Source of the DNA: Octopus sinensis
Taxonomy: Eukaryota
Length of the DNA: 64,000 nt
Direction of reading: 5' to 3'
Assembly: GCF_006345805.1 (NCBI RefSeq)
Contig: NC_043003.1
Location: forward strand, 55,986,001-56,050,000
How positions within the stretch are numbered: the stretch's first letter is position 1; every line of letters begins with the position of its first letter. Shown in pieces: positions 37,569 through 53,193 of this stretch. The translations under genes and the position numbers were made by a program. The notes beneath the pieces are model-generated. The model was not told where the DNA came from. It was given only the letters and a program-made list of their open reading frames with translations, and did not search any database.

Positions 37569-40260
37569 TACACCTTTTAGTTATTTTTCATCTTTGGGAA
37601 GCAAGTAATTTTATTTTACGTTATTCACCTCTCTTCCCTTTTTAGCATTATTTTTCTTTTTGATATTTATTTGTAGGAACTCTCGGTTCTTCCTTTTTCT
37701 TCCACTTGTACACTTGGATTCAACCACCTGCAAAGTTGTTGATACCTGGAATGTGTCATACAGCCTTTCCATAGATTCTTCCAATCTGTCTGGTTCAGTT
37801 TCTATGAATCCCTTCTTCAATTGGTTTCCATGTTTTTCTTCAATAACTTTTCTGCTTTTAATTCCGTACCTCATTTTCCCAATGTACTTCGTAAATTTCA
37901 CCTTCTTCCCGGTACTATTTTCCGTTTTTATACGACCTCATGCACACCTTATCTCCGGTTTTGAAAACTTTTAGATTGTTTTTCCTGGCACTTTTTTCTT
38001 TCCTCGCCTGGTAATAGTTTATCAAATGCTGATTTCACCTTCCTTTCGAACATCAGTTTTGCTGGTGAGCTTCCTGCCGGTGTATTGGGGTTCGGTGTTA
38101 CCCTGTATACCTTTAAGAATTGTTGTAGCCTGTCCATTTGATTTGGGATGATAAGTCCCTATAGTTTTATGTTCGACCGTGAAAATTTCACTGAATTATC
38201 TAGATTCCCTGGACACAAATTGTGTTCCATTATCAGATACAATCACATCTGGGATGCTAAATCTTGCGAATACAGTTTCGGAAGTTGGTCTTTTTCACTT
38301 AACAATTTCTAGTCATTTTGTAAAACTGTCGACTACAACTAAATAGTAATAACCATTTAACGGACCCACCAAACCATTATGTAGTCTTGACCACGGACTT
38401 TTTACCTCTAGCCAAGGCTCCTATTTTTGAGTTGGCAATTTCGCTGCTAGACCACATCCTCTGCAGCCTTTTACTACGTTTTTAATTTCCTTGTCCATTT
38501 TCAGCCAATACCTATAACTGCGCATAAGCGCTTTCATCCTTACGATCCCCGGATGTCCAATATGGAATTCTTTCAACATTCTTTATTGTAAAGTTTCAGG
38601 TATCACTGCCCTTTGGTCATGCATCAGTACGCCGTCGCATATATGTTTAGCTGTATCTGTGTTTCATTACCAAACCTATTTTTATGTTTTTTTCGCTGTT
38701 CACTGATTTTGGTTTCATTAAGGAACTTATCTTGTGACGCGTGTCACTTTATCTCCTCCAGAGTTATTGGTACCTCTCGTACAATGCTCTACATTAGATG
38801 TTTAATTTCCCCTTCGGCTCTTAGGGTTGCTATTACTGTGTCCTGGAATGGTTCGCCGTTTCTGGCTATTAACCTAGATAGGCCGCCAGCATATCCTAGA
38901 TGTTTCGTAGGTAAATATTCCATTGCGTGGTCGTAGTTTAGTAGTATGGTGCCCAATCGCTGCAACCTGTTTTCTGTATGTACTGGAATTCCATTCTTGG
39001 ATCCATAAATCGTTAGCAACAGGTGATAGTCAGTTTGTAGTCTAAACCGTCTACCATGTATAGACCTGTGGATTTTTTTATGCCAGATGTAAAAGCCAAT
39101 GCCTCTTTTTCAATTTGGCTATAATTTTTTTTCGCAGGCAATGGCGTTCTCGACTGCCATCTTCACATTTGTGTAGGAGTATGGCACTTACTCCGTACAC
39201 ACTAGCATATGTTGCCAGTATCGTTTCCAACTTTGGATCGAAGTGTGTAAGCGATAATTCTGAAGTTAATATGCATTTTATTCCTCAAATGCCTTCTGGC
39301 ATTTTCTGGCCAAAACCATTTAGCATTTTTACCGCGCCGACCACATTTTCACAGGCAACACTAATGGGATATCCCATATTTTAAATAACTCTATGCATTC
39401 TGTGCCAAATAGGTTTAGTGATTGTTTCAACATATAAATGATGCCCCTTTCGTTCACCACGAAAAGTTACATTGCAAATACATTCGCTGATGAAATATAA
39501 TTTCTTTTCACTAACACCATATACTACTTTATTAGATGTAAATAATTTTGTCCTACCGATCGGTCACCATGTTTCTTAATTAATGTTAGTGATGTCACAA
39601 CCCGTGTCTAATTGCATTTTGACACTAGTCATTTTGATTGTCACCTTGATGAATATTTTGTTCGTTGTACAAACTTTTCCACTGATGACAAACTATTTTT
39701 TTCTCGTTTGGTCCAATTTTTCACCATCTTAGTTCTGCAGTGCGATTTAATTTGCCCTGTATTAACACAACGAGAACACTTTGCTTTTTTGAACGGACAC
39801 ACTTTTCTAAGGTGCCTACCGCCACATGCATGGGTTTATCTCCTATTGTATATCGTGTTTTTTGTGAAACACTTTATCCGTCTTCCGACGCTTCCACTCT
39901 GGTTTTATCTGTAAACAATCTGTGTGTCGAATTCCTAGTGTCGTGCTTCACTTTTAACATCACGTAGTACTATTCTGACAGTTTCTGGCGAATTATATCC
40001 TGGTCCATTTCTAGCCTTGCGAGAATATTCCTTCTGACTTCAGTAAGTCCTTGAACAAAAAATCAGGCACTTGAACGAGTCTGGAATTAGTTTATCCAGT
40101 TTAAATCTCTCGCACTCTCTGTTCTATCGGCATATGTGGTAAAGTCTTCATCATCGCCTTTCTCAATGTTCAAACACTTCCAAAGTGTGTTGAACTACGA
40201 TGATTTTTCCCTAAACATCTTACATAAAATGTCAATAGCGTCCCTGAAATATATGCCAGA
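37332..40260 (-). mobile_element. Gypsy/Ty3 LTR retrotransposon remnant (gag-protease-RNaseH-integrase, RT absent, 3' LTR only)
   Basis: CPFKKAKCSRCVNTGQIKSHC (39735-39800), QLDTGCDIT (~39600), QIEKEALA, ENRLQRLGTILLNYD, HIGHPGIVRMKALMRSY, VIVSDNGTQF, TPAGSSPAKLMF. Confidence 0.9.
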
Positions 40261-40979
40261 AACTTTTTTAGGTAACATAAAGTTACAGTAATTTAGTACA
40301 GAACCCTACGTAATTAATCAGTCATGTATGCGCGCGCACGTTTATGCAAGCCGTATGCAGATGTAATTGAACATATGTGTATTCCAAGAATAACATTAGG
40401 AAAATGCATGAGCTTCTTTTCGCTGCACTCGTAATTGATATTATTTAGAGGATAGAAGCCAGACTCTTTTCTACTTTTTGTTAGTCCCTGTATTTTAAGT
40501 CTTTCATTCGAATCTGTTGTTACACAGCCCAATGCACTTTTCATAATGGTTACAAAAGAAAGACTACAATCAGGCTGCAAAAGCTGGAAGTTCCTCATTA
40601 GTTTACCATAAATATTCTCCTTTACAATAATTGTAGATAAAATATTTACATCTGCTGGGCAGCTGATCTCTGCAGGAGAGCAATTCTTTTGTTAACTATT
40701 GCGTATATCAATATCAATTCGATTGTGTTTGATCAAATTGATGTTTATTTCAATATTCCAACAATATCCCTTATAAAGATGTGGACACAATCTGGTTGTG
40801 GTGTATCTATTGTATGTCTGTCGAAACAATCTTTCCTGTGGATAGCATTGTAAATGGTTTAGCAACAATGCCATTCCTCAAAAAGATATAGTACTTTGCG
40901 GATATTCTTGAATGGTATCTTATGATATGAGACATATATTTCACAACACCTTAATACAATCGACGCTTTTAATCACGAA

Positions 40980-41380
40980 GTCGTATTTTTCTCTCTTATT
41001 TATCAGTTTGCCAATAAATCTTCCTGGATGGCAATAGCATATTCTTCTAGATGGGTTGTAATTTATCTGTCAGTGGTTCCGGTAAGATTGTTATTATGTA
41101 CCTTGCTGGTTATAAACCCATGCAAATCTGATAAGATGGATTGTTGTCCTTCAAGTCTCAGTTCATTTGTGTTAATCTAGGTTCACTTGGTTCGTGTTAG
41201 AAAGCAACACTCAGAGTATCTATTCTCAGGAAGTTGTTATTTTCGCTACTGGTACACAAATAATGTATTCATTTCTCTTTTTCTCTTTCAGAAGTGGGTG
41301 TCTAGAAGACTTGATGCAAAAGAATCCAGACTCATTTTAAGCCTTTGCCTCGTTGCACTCAATTAACGTAGAAACTATCA
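40980..41380 (-). pseudogene. Possible pogo/Tigger DDE transposase remnant, highly decayed
   Basis: NESGFFCIKSSR and ILPEPLTDKLQPI resemble pogo NxDETGxF and LPPNTTxxLQPLD motifs. Confidence 0.3.
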
Positions 41381-42619
41381 TCGTCATTGCTGATATAGAA
41401 GTTGCCAGTGATAGTTTGGTTCATTCTTGTCTTGATATAATAAGTATCAGTAGTGAACAGCAGTCGAGATAACTGAGTGGCATTCTACCCGCGAAGATTC
41501 CGGTGCTGGGCTCTAAATTAAAAAGTTATTGCCTTGATGTCTGAGTTGAGGAACTCATCAGTAAATATTGCTGCGTTTGACTATGACGATAAATGCCTGA
41601 CTGGAAATCTTGAGTAGTTATGGATTTCGCACGAGTAAAGTGACATAACATTTTACAAACCAATCGGCAAGAGAATAACAAAAATTATGCCTGTTTTTTG
41701 GGTTTTTTTAAAAAATAAAAGTTAATATAAAAACGCTTTGCTGTTTTTATGTTATCTAAATTTCAACATTGGAGATATATTTTCTTTTCGTACGATCCAG
41801 CTCCTACATTTTCGTAGGAATACAAATGAATAGAAAAAGAACAGATAGCACATGTTTATATGTATATATATATCACTATAAATGCATAAAAACATACACA
41901 CATTCTGCCATATATACACAAATATGTATGAGTGTTTGAGTATGCCTGTGTATGTGTGTGTGTGTGTGTGTATGTACATATATATGTATGTATGTGTGTA
42001 TGGATGTGTGCTTGTGAGTGTATGTATTGTTGTGGTGCCTTTCAATAAAAAAAAATTCTATGTATAACATTTATCAAGTGAGACTAACATTGAATATACA
42101 ATTTGCTGAAGAACTATCTCTAACGTCATATTCTAGAAGACGATTGTACAAATAATAACATTTATAATAATAATTATAAAAATAATAAAGATTAAAATAA
42201 AATTTTAAAAATAACACCATAGCAATATAACATTGTATTGTTCAAAAGATGAATATAATAAATGCCAACCAAAATATACGGAACGTTTCGATTTAGTTGC
42301 GGAAAATTTAATGGCTGTTGAATATTGCACTGTAACTATCACTACTAATGACGTTGAAGAGATACTAATAGTCTCTATATCGTCATTTGTATGTAACTGA
42401 ATAAATCAGTGAATAATTGAATGAATAATTATGTATTAAATAATAAAAAATATGAATGTACGTAGATATAAATGAATATTTAATTACATATATAAATACA
42501 TAACAGTAAATACAAAAAGACGCGAGGACAATAGAAGGAGTAGATAACATAAGTGGGAATATGTACGTGTGTCTAGGTATGTTTATACTATATCTACGCA
42601 TATGCACGTATATATGTAT

Positions 42620-42621
42620 GT

Positions 42622-42664
<43 letters not shown>

Positions 42665-42772
42665 TGTATGTATATGTATGTATGTATGTATGTATGCATG
42701 TATGTATGTACGTACGTATGTATGTATGTATTGATCTGTCTGTCTATCTATCTATCTATCTATCCATCTATC

Positions 42773-42816
<44 letters not shown>

Positions 42817-42837
42817 ATAAGTATGTATATATGTATG

Positions 42838-42901
<64 letters not shown>

Positions 42902-42908
42902 CATATAC

Positions 42909-42951
<43 letters not shown>

Positions 42952-42985
42952 ATATTATATATAATATATATATATATATATACAT

Positions 42986-43022
<37 letters not shown>

Positions 43023-43030
43023 ACCCATAT
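42620..43030. repeat. Compound (TATG)n(CTAT)n(TA)n microsatellite
   Basis: Read directly. Confidence 0.95.
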
Positions 43031-43218
43031 GTACGTGTGTATATAGTGTGTATCTAACTTACATGCCGAAAAAGGTATTTTTGGGCCAGCATTTTGCCAG
43101 GCCATGTTTAACTTAATAGCAACGCCAGCAGAAGAGATTTAATCATGTTTCATGTTAATGTTATACTTTGGGCACCGAAGCCCATTAGAGGAGAGAGATA
43201 GAGAGAGAGAGAGAGATA

Positions 43219-43250
<32 letters not shown>

Positions 43251-43704
43251 TAAAGAGAGACAGGGAGACAGGGAGAGTGAGAGTGTATCGATATAGACTT
43301 GGTACCCCGTCTGGCCCGTTAAATAATGTACTAAATTGTTTGCTAGCTTGTTGAGTCGAAATCATGTGTATATGCGTATATATATATATTGATATGTATA
43401 GAATTTTGACTTAAAAGACCACCATAGATTTGATTTGTGACATTGAAAGATTTGCGATTCGGAGAGGGTTTGTTTATAAAATAGAACTGTGAGTTTTCAT
43501 GGCCCAGACTCCACAAACAATGCATAAACTGCATTTGAAGGCTGGTATAAAGATGATTAAAGCAAGTAGAATAAGGTACAATTATTTTTTTAAATCAGTC
43601 GTTTTATAATGTCAATGTTCATGTAATTAGTTATAATTTTTAATTAATAAGTAATATTTTCTTCACCAAAGCCAATCATCATAACACTTTGCGTGTATGT
43701 AAGA

Positions 43705-43737
<33 letters not shown>

Positions 43738-45025
43738 TGTATGTATGTATGTATGTATGTTTAATCTAACTTCTGGATTTTTTGTATTTGAAGCAAACAA
43801 ATAAAGGTAAGAAGAAAAAGTGTGGCTGTGATTAGATTGTCTAAAATGGTACTACTATTGCTTTCAGTATTAAAGAAGACACAACTATATCTCATGGTTG
43901 CTTAAACGAGATCGCTAGAAGTCGTAGACTAGTCTTTCTTCTACCATTTTTATTCCTTATTCCTAGGCTTATAGCCATATACTCCGTGCGATGCTGGAAT
44001 GCTATTTCTCAAGATAAATTAAGAGATTCTGCATGATCTCACCTTGTCTTTTATATAAAGCCCATTGCAAAACATGACTGCATTGGGAACCGAGTCCGCT
44101 TAACTGTTGCATTTTCAATTTCTGGTGTACTGAGCTTAATTCTAAAAATGTAATTCTTGCATGCACCAACACTTATCACTTTAAATTTCTGCTGTTTGTT
44201 CTTTGTCTCACATCCTGGAAACCTGCATTTCTATCCATTCCATTCTCTCTCTTCTATGTTTCTCGACTCTGTTATCCTGGAATTGTTTTGTCGTTATCTC
44301 AGCTGTTTCCTGTTGTTTCCTGATGCCCTTTTCCCGCTCCCTACAATCGTTTAGCATCATCTATTCTCTCCAATGATCCCCCTTTTCTTTCTCTCTGCTA
44401 CAATCTATCAGTGTGTATTTGTAATGTATTAAGAATGTCAAAACAAATCAACAAAGCCATAAAAACATGTAGAAAGAATGAATTAGAAAAATGAAAACTA
44501 GAACTGTAAATAATATAAAAATCAGATGTATCTTGAACATTAAACGATATTTAATCTACGCAAAATGATGTAGCTATGTATGTGTGAGGGAAAAACAAAG
44601 AGAGAGGGAGAGAGAGAGATTATCTGTGTGTGCGCGTGGATGTGTGCGTGCATGTGTGAGTAAAGGTGTGCGAGCATTAATGTGTCTGTATGTGTGTTTA
44701 TGTATGTGTATGTGTGTGCGTATACGTTAAAAAATTCTTCTGAATCTACTTAAATTCATTTTAACCAAATCAAATTTTTAAAATTTTCACCAGATCATTT
44801 TCTAGAAATCAATAGTAAAAAATTTACAATCATTTAATATTATGTCATTTTAGCCTATCGGCAGCGTTAAATGCGAGACGCGACGGATGTCGTCACTGTT
44901 TGTCCCATATGGAAAATGAGGCACGAAACCTTTTTTATGGTCTCATAAATTGCTAGAAATAGCAGTCAAATCTTCCTTAAACCGTACTTCACAGAAGTGT
45001 GAGGGTATGTGACTGCATGTCTGTA

Positions 45026-45138
<113 letters not shown>

Positions 45139-45247
45139 ATGTATTTGTGTGTGTGGGTGAAGATTTGAGCTAAAGGGATTACTCAATAATATTGACCTGC
45201 CAAATTGGTTGGTACTTTATTTTATCGATCCGTTACATATGTATACA

Positions 45248-45281
<34 letters not shown>

Positions 45282-45550
45282 GTATATATGAATATGTATA
45301 TATACGTATGTATGTAAGTATGTATGCATAAATTAATAGAGATCACAAAAGTGACAGAGAGTGCTGGCTAACACCGATTATGCTAAAACAAGAGTTAAAT
45401 TAACTGTAAAGCACCTAAAACATAATTGGTCATAATCAGTACTCTCTATTATTTAGTAACATCTATTAATCTTCCCGTTAGGTTCTAATTGCTACTAAAC
45501 CACCCTCTTAATTTGTTATATATATATGTATATATATATATATATATATA

Positions 45551-46075
45551 TAATACAAGATAAGAAATTGGAGAAATACATCTAAATCAAATATCAATTA
45601 CCAGATAATACTCAATCACATGCTTTATTAAACCACCACATAAGAGACTGTAGGGTTAAATATAAAAAGCAGAACAAATCAGTGTACATAAAGGAATGTA
45701 CATAAAAAAGTGTACATAAAAGAGTAATGTCGTATAATAAGTAGAATATATATAAAAGAGAATATAAATATAAGTAAATATAAATATAAGTATAGATTAC
45801 ATCTTACCCGAAACAGCTGTAAGATGTAATCTATACTTATATTTATATTTACTTATATTTATATTCTCTTTTATATATATTCTACTTATTATACGACATT
45901 ACTCTTTTATGTAAACTTTTTTATGTTCATTCCTTTCTGTACACTGATTTGTTCTGCTTTTTATATTTAACCCTACAGTCTCTTATGTGGTGGTTTAATA
46001 AAGTATGTGATTGAGTATTATCTGGTAATTGATATTTGATTTAGATGTATTTTTCCATTGTCTTATCTTGTATTA
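45551..46075. repeat. 525-bp palindrome: 257-bp arms, 11-nt loop containing a hammerhead 3' half
   Basis: Arms 45551-45807 and 45819-46075 with about 7 mismatches counted by eye; centre cttac-ccGAAACagct-GTAag. Confidence 0.93.
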
Positions 46076-46265
46076 GTAATTTGTGGTGAATCATTTAAAC
46101 TTTGCCCATATATAATACAGTAAATGAATTGATTGCATCGCAATCATTAACATTTATGTATTAAATTGTTGGGTACTTCACTAGCAGTATATTGGATATA
46201 TGTTATCCCATAGAGGGTTGCATTTACATTATACATGTATAAATATATATATATATATATATATA

Positions 46266-46510
46266 TTTATCAAAAGAAAGAACAGGATGCAAAGGGTTTT
46301 GCGGTACATATGTTTCTGGCTTTATGGAACAATTTATATCAATGCATCATTGATATAACATGTAGGTCAACAGCCTTCTTCAGCCGGGTACAATTACCAC
46401 ACCAAAGACCTATATTACATTATAGCAGGTTTGAGAAAAAGTTTGGGAAAAGAACGAGTTTCATTGGGAAGGTAATCCTCATAGTCGTATACTGCATAGC
46501 GAGACACCAA

Positions 46511-46512
<2 letters not shown>
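46266..46512 (-). mobile_element. ~250-bp element between (TA)n tracts carrying an extended-stem-II hammerhead (46301-46388)
   Basis: Minus strand ccgg-CTGAAGA-a-ggct...agcc-a-GAAAC-ATAT-GTA-ccgc, with an 11-bp hairpin ttatatcaatg/cattgatataa inside stem II. Confidence 0.78.
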
Positions 46513-46553
<41 letters not shown>

Positions 46554-46586
46554 GTATATGTATATATATGATATATTATTTTATGA

Positions 46587-46934
46587 TTTTACTTGGGGTA
46601 CCGCCATGAAGGGTTTTTTTTAGTCGAATGAATCGACCTAGGACTCAATTCTTAAGCCTAGTACATATTCTTTCGGTCTTTGGCTGAGCTGCTATGTTAC
46701 GGGGACACTGACACCGGCTATCCCGCGGTGATTGGTGCATTAACACAGACATAAAGATACACACACAGGGAAATATCTTTATACGACAGATTTGTTTCAG
46801 TTTCCGACAACGAAACTCACAATATTTTGGTCGGCTTGAGGCTATAGTAGAAGACACAAGCTCAAGGTGCCATGAAGTGAGACTGAACCCGAAACCATGT
46901 AGTTGGGGAGTAATCTTCTTACTAAGCGGCCACT
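46587..46934 (-). mobile_element. tRNA-derived SINE, diverged OK/OR-like copy
   Basis: tttcagtttccg, ggctatagtagaagacac and actgaacccgaaaccatgt shared with 14096-14514. Confidence 0.85.
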
Positions 46935-46937
46935 AGT

Positions 46938-47600
<663 letters not shown>

Positions 47601-47601
<1 letters not shown>

Positions 47602-47798
47602 CTTTTACTTGTTTCAGTCATTTGACTGCAGCCATGCTGGAGCACCGCCTTAGTCGAGCAAATCGACCCCGGGACTTATTCTTTGTAAGCCCAGTACTTA
47701 TTCTATCGGTCTCTTTGCCGAACCGCTAAAAGACGGGGACGTAAACACGCCAGCATCGGTTGTCAAGCAATGCTAGGGGGACAAACACAGACACACAA

Positions 47799-47835
<37 letters not shown>

Positions 47836-48001
47836 CATATATACGACAGGCTTCTTTCAGTTTCCGTCTACCAAATCCACTCACAAGGCATTGGTCGGCC
47901 CGGGGCTATAGCAGAAGACACTTGCCCAATATGCCACGCAGTGGGACTGAACCCGCAACCGTGTGGTTGGTTGGCAAGCTACTTACCACACAGCCACTCC
48001 T
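47601..48001 (-). mobile_element. tRNA-derived SINE (OK/OR-like), full length
   Basis: Near-identical to 14096-14514. An opposite-strand 3' half follows at ~48023-48210. Confidence 0.9.
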
Positions 48002-48323
48002 ATGTACGTTTGTGTCTTTTTGTCATCCCAACATTGCTTGACAACCAATGCTGGTGTCTGTGCGTCTCCGTAACTTAACGGTTCGTCAAAACAGACTGAC
48101 AGAATAAGTACTAGTTGTACAAAGACTTAGTCCTGCGGTTGATTTCCTCGACTAAAGGAGGAGCTCCACCATGGCGGCAACAAATAACTGGAAAAAATAA
48201 AAGAATAAAAGAAAAAAAAAGCATATATATGTAAGCATATATGTGTATGTATGTGTATTTATTCATACATACATACACACATACATACATACATACATAT
48301 ATACATACACACTCACACACACG

Positions 48324-48364
<41 letters not shown>

Positions 48365-48724
48365 TTATATACATATATAAGCTATGAAATATTGAACAGA
48401 AATTACTCTAGATAAATTAGTGCACTGTTACAAAGCCTAAATCTGAAACGGTAAACACTCTCCCCTCTGTATGATTGCAAAACCGAAACAGAGTGGGGTG
48501 GGGAACTTTAAACCCCAACAAAATAAAAAAGAAAGAAAGAAACCGAAAACAGAGAGGGAGCAATATAAAGCAATACTGCAAACTTAAACTCTGAAGTAGT
48601 AGGTTTTGATCTACAACCGAGCCGGGTTTTAACATAACATTCAGTATTGAAGTCAAATCAAAATTTTAACGAAATATTAATGATATAAATATATGAGGTA
48701 CATTACTACACCTACAAAGGATAT

Positions 48725-48759
48725 ACTACTACTACTACTACTGCTGCTGCTGATGATGA

Positions 48760-48792
<33 letters not shown>

Positions 48793-48833
48793 CACTACCG
48801 CCGCCGCCGCCGCCGCCACCACCACCACCATCA

Positions 48834-48878
<45 letters not shown>

Positions 48879-48927
48879 TTACTACTACTACTACTACTAC
48901 TAATATTATTATTATTATTATTATTAA
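48725..48927. repeat. (CTA/CTG/CCG/ATT)n triplet tract followed by an OR2-like SINE fragment
   Basis: Read directly. Confidence 0.9.
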
Positions 48928-49412
48928 TGGGGCTTACTAGCAGAATCGCTGGCATGTTGAATGGAGTGCTTAGCGGTTTCCGTCTTTACGTTCTGAGTTC
49001 TAATTCCGCTAAAGTCAACATTGCATTTTATCCTTTTGGGGTCGATAAATTAAACACCAGTAAAACACGGGGGTCTTTGTGAGCGACTTACCCCTCTCCT
49101 GAGTTGGGAATAAGGGCAAATTGAGTGTGACTCACACACTGTGTATTATCCAATCAAGTGAATAGATTCTTATATTATCTTCCATTAAATCATGTTGATT
49201 TCTTCATGTTGGATCAATATGTCCATCTAATTGTTCTCATACTCAAAACTTAAAGTAGCCGAAGGAATCTGTTTCACAAGAAAAACACAATCATTGAAAT
49301 GTATTACTGCGAACGATCACACACCCCCATATATAAACATATAGTTTCACCTTATAATAAACACAGGTGTGTGTGTGTGTATATGTGTGTGTGTATGTTT
49401 GTGTGTCTGTGT

Positions 49413-49444
<32 letters not shown>

Positions 49445-49793
49445 TCATGTATACGTATATCAATAGGGCACGTTCCCTCTCGTGAGTATATCTATGTTAA
49501 TGCGTCTTAGTGTTCGAAATGGATATCTGACTATGTTTACACATAGATAAAGATAATCTCTCAATATATGTCTATGTGAGTGTGTTTGTTAGTTTGTGTG
49601 TGTTTGTGTGTGTGTGTATGTGTGTGTGTGCTTAAGCGTGAGGCCACTCGTGTGTATGTGTATATGTGTGTGTTGAAATATACGAATATATATACATGCA
49701 TTGATACGTGAATATATACATATTTTGATATCTCCCAATGCATCTCTAACAAAAACAAATTGAAACGTATAGACACCGAGACACACGTATACC

Positions 49794-49875
<82 letters not shown>

Positions 49876-52296
49876 TCAGAGAGAGAGAGAGAGAAAGAGA
49901 GTCAGAGAGAGAGAGAGAGAGAGAAAGAGAAAGAGAAAGAAAGATAGAGGAAGCGGAACAAATGTTTCTTTTTAATATAAATACTTTTATCTATTAAAAT
50001 ATATACATCTAAATTTATTCATATTCTGTCATGTAAACATTCCTTCCAACAGAAACGTAAATGTATACACACATATACAAACATATAACACACACACACA
50101 AACGCGCGCAGTCACACAAACAAATACATACAGATAGAAACACACATATACACGAATATATGCTTACGTGATTTTGCATGTATGTATGTACGTATGTATG
50201 TATGTATGTGTTAAGCGGTGTTAATTTTTGTTTACATACATTACGGAGATAATTATTTCTTTATCATGTTAGCCTGTGTCACAGATATGTATACGTATGT
50301 ATGTTATATTATAACTAACCTTATATGTATGTGAGCGTGTATATAAATATGTACATAAAATCTTTGTGTAAGTGTGTGTATATACTCACATATAAGTACA
50401 TATACATACACATGTATATATACACACACGGACGCATTCACCCGCACGTATGTTTATATGCGTGTGTTTTGTGTGAAATCAAATGATCGTAAGCCTGTGT
50501 AATCCTGTGATGGAATATTTCTATGTGTAGTGGGTTGTGACTACGCTCGCTAACACACACACACACACACACACACGCATGCACAAACACAAATACACAC
50601 ACAAACACACGCAACAAACTAACATACGCACACGTTTCTCTATCTAGTTCCGATTATCAAAGAAACAAGTAACTACGTTTGTGTCATATCTAATATATAT
50701 CAACTTCATGAGTTGATCAAACATATCTATAAACGGAATATCAAAGAAACAATTAAACAATGACACAATTGATTTAACAAATAAACAAGTAATTCTTGCT
50801 GTATCTAAGGCAATGAATAAGTAGTTCATCTGAAAAATTCAGTGATAAACTGAAAAGAATCTACGCAATAGCGAGACCTGTAAGAAATAGCACCCTAAAA
50901 TCAGTCAAATCATGCATTGTTGTTTTCTAAAATGGCGCCCCACGCCTGCCTGCAAACCTCAGTAACCTTCCCCTTTAATGTTACTCTTCATTTTGATCAC
51001 TTAGATTTTCACCTTCGGAAAATGTCTTCTATTCTAGACTGGGGAGCATCCACGCGGTGGCTTTTCCTGTAAGACATAGCCATCAATTGTCAATTAAATA
51101 ATGCATCACAATTTTACAATTTCACGTCAGCACGCCTATCTGCAAGCTCCAATTATTTTCGCCTTTATGTTACTCTTTACTTCAAACACTTAGTCTTGTA
51201 TTCTAGACTCGGGAGCATCTACGCCGTATATTGTCTTGTAAGAAGTAGTAGCACCTTAACCTCATCAAAATATACATTACCTTTTTACAAAGTGGCGCGA
51301 TTATCTTCTTGTTTAAGTTATCTTCGTCATTATCTTAGAGTGGAGTTTCTTCTACATTCCAAGCTTCACGTTTCTAACTGTTATTTATCTGGTTACCGTT
51401 TAACAAAAGCCCGCCCCGTAATGTTACAGATATTGAGGGCCCGATCGTCTCTGATCAATCAGATATTTTGAAAGCATTTCAAACTGTGTATCTGCCTTTG
51501 TGTTTTTGACCTCAAGATAGAGGGTGATAATGAAGAACTTTTACGAAATAACATAGACATTTCACAAAATGAAAAGGAAACTGCTTCACCTGATCTGCGA
51601 CCAGATAATCCTTCGATTCATACCTAATTGATCTAATGAAAAGCATGGACACACTAGATAGCGTTCTCCTGAATACTCTTAAAAATATGGGTTGGGCATA
51701 GATGGAAAGTCTTTCATCATGTTTCAACACAGTTACACGATCTATTAGAAAGAGCAGCTAACTTTTTAAATCACACCTTAAATAGAAGGTAGGACACATT
51801 AGATATTGTTGTCTTAAATACTTATAAACATAAGGGGTGACCACGAATGGAAAGTCGTGCATCAGAGTTCAATACAGACAAATAGGAGCAGGAACCAAAC
51901 TCCACTTTCAATCACACCTAATTGATATACAAAAGAAAGAAAAGGTGCTTTAGATAATGCAACCCTTAATACTCATAAAATTAGGAAATGCTCGTAGGTG
52001 GAATGTCGTCCGTCATAATATCACAACAGCAACTTTGACACAGTAAAGTGCATGTGACTGTCGGTTGAACATTTGTCGAAGAACTTTCGTTAAAAGAAAA
52101 AGACAAAAATCAAAATCAAGATTAAAGAACGACTTGTTCTCTAATTGGTTGATATTTCAATTTATCAAATTGAAAAGCGCTGAAATGTATTTTCAAATTT
52201 TTAAATAAATTAAGGACAACACATTAGAGAACGCATTAAAAAATTAATAAGAAGATATGGAAATTTTACTGACTGGAACATACAGTTGTTATTGAA

Positions 52297-52350
<54 letters not shown>

Positions 52351-52357
52351 GTTGTTG

Positions 52358-52408
<51 letters not shown>

Positions 52409-52974
52409 GTTGTTGTTGTTAGTAGTAGTAGTAGTTTGTTTTCTAACGGTTGCTAAAGCTATTTGGAATGTCATTAGTCATAGAAAACCATGAAAACAGT
52501 AAATAAATAAGTAAATAAATATAGTGAAGCACGATACCATATATTTGCGAGTGAAGGTGTCTCTATGCTTGTGGCATGTGTGTGTGTGTGTGCATCCGTA
52601 CATGCTTGTATAAAGGTGATATCTAGATACGCTTTCCAATTTGAAACATGGTCTATGAGATGGTCCCAAAATTAACGACACAATCGAATTTAACAACCTG
52701 AATCGATGTGTTATTTAAAACTGACACTTGTTAGTTCACACGCTGGCTTTTTGCTTGTTTGACCTAAATTTCGCTATCACAAACGAACACATACACCTGC
52801 ACACACAAAATTACACATCTTCATACATGCAGGCACTTACACACACACAGGCACACACACACTCACATACATACGCATATATACAGTCTCTTAGATGTTT
52901 TGTTACACTCAATGACAATTGTGTACATATACGTTCTGATATGAATATATAAATATATACACGCACCTATCAAT

Positions 52975-52992
52975 CAATCTATCTATCAGTCC

Positions 52993-53054
<62 letters not shown>

Positions 53055-53067
53055 ATCTATCTATCTA

Positions 53068-53152
<85 letters not shown>

Positions 53153-53154
53153 GC

Positions 53155-53193
<39 letters not shown>

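Noticed and set aside
40260-40600. 5' LTR of the Gypsy element
   Set aside because: No match to the 37332-37568 LTR.
48462-48500. CTGTATGA...GAAAC as a hammerhead
   Set aside because: The core has an insertion, and there is no stem II or GTH triplet.
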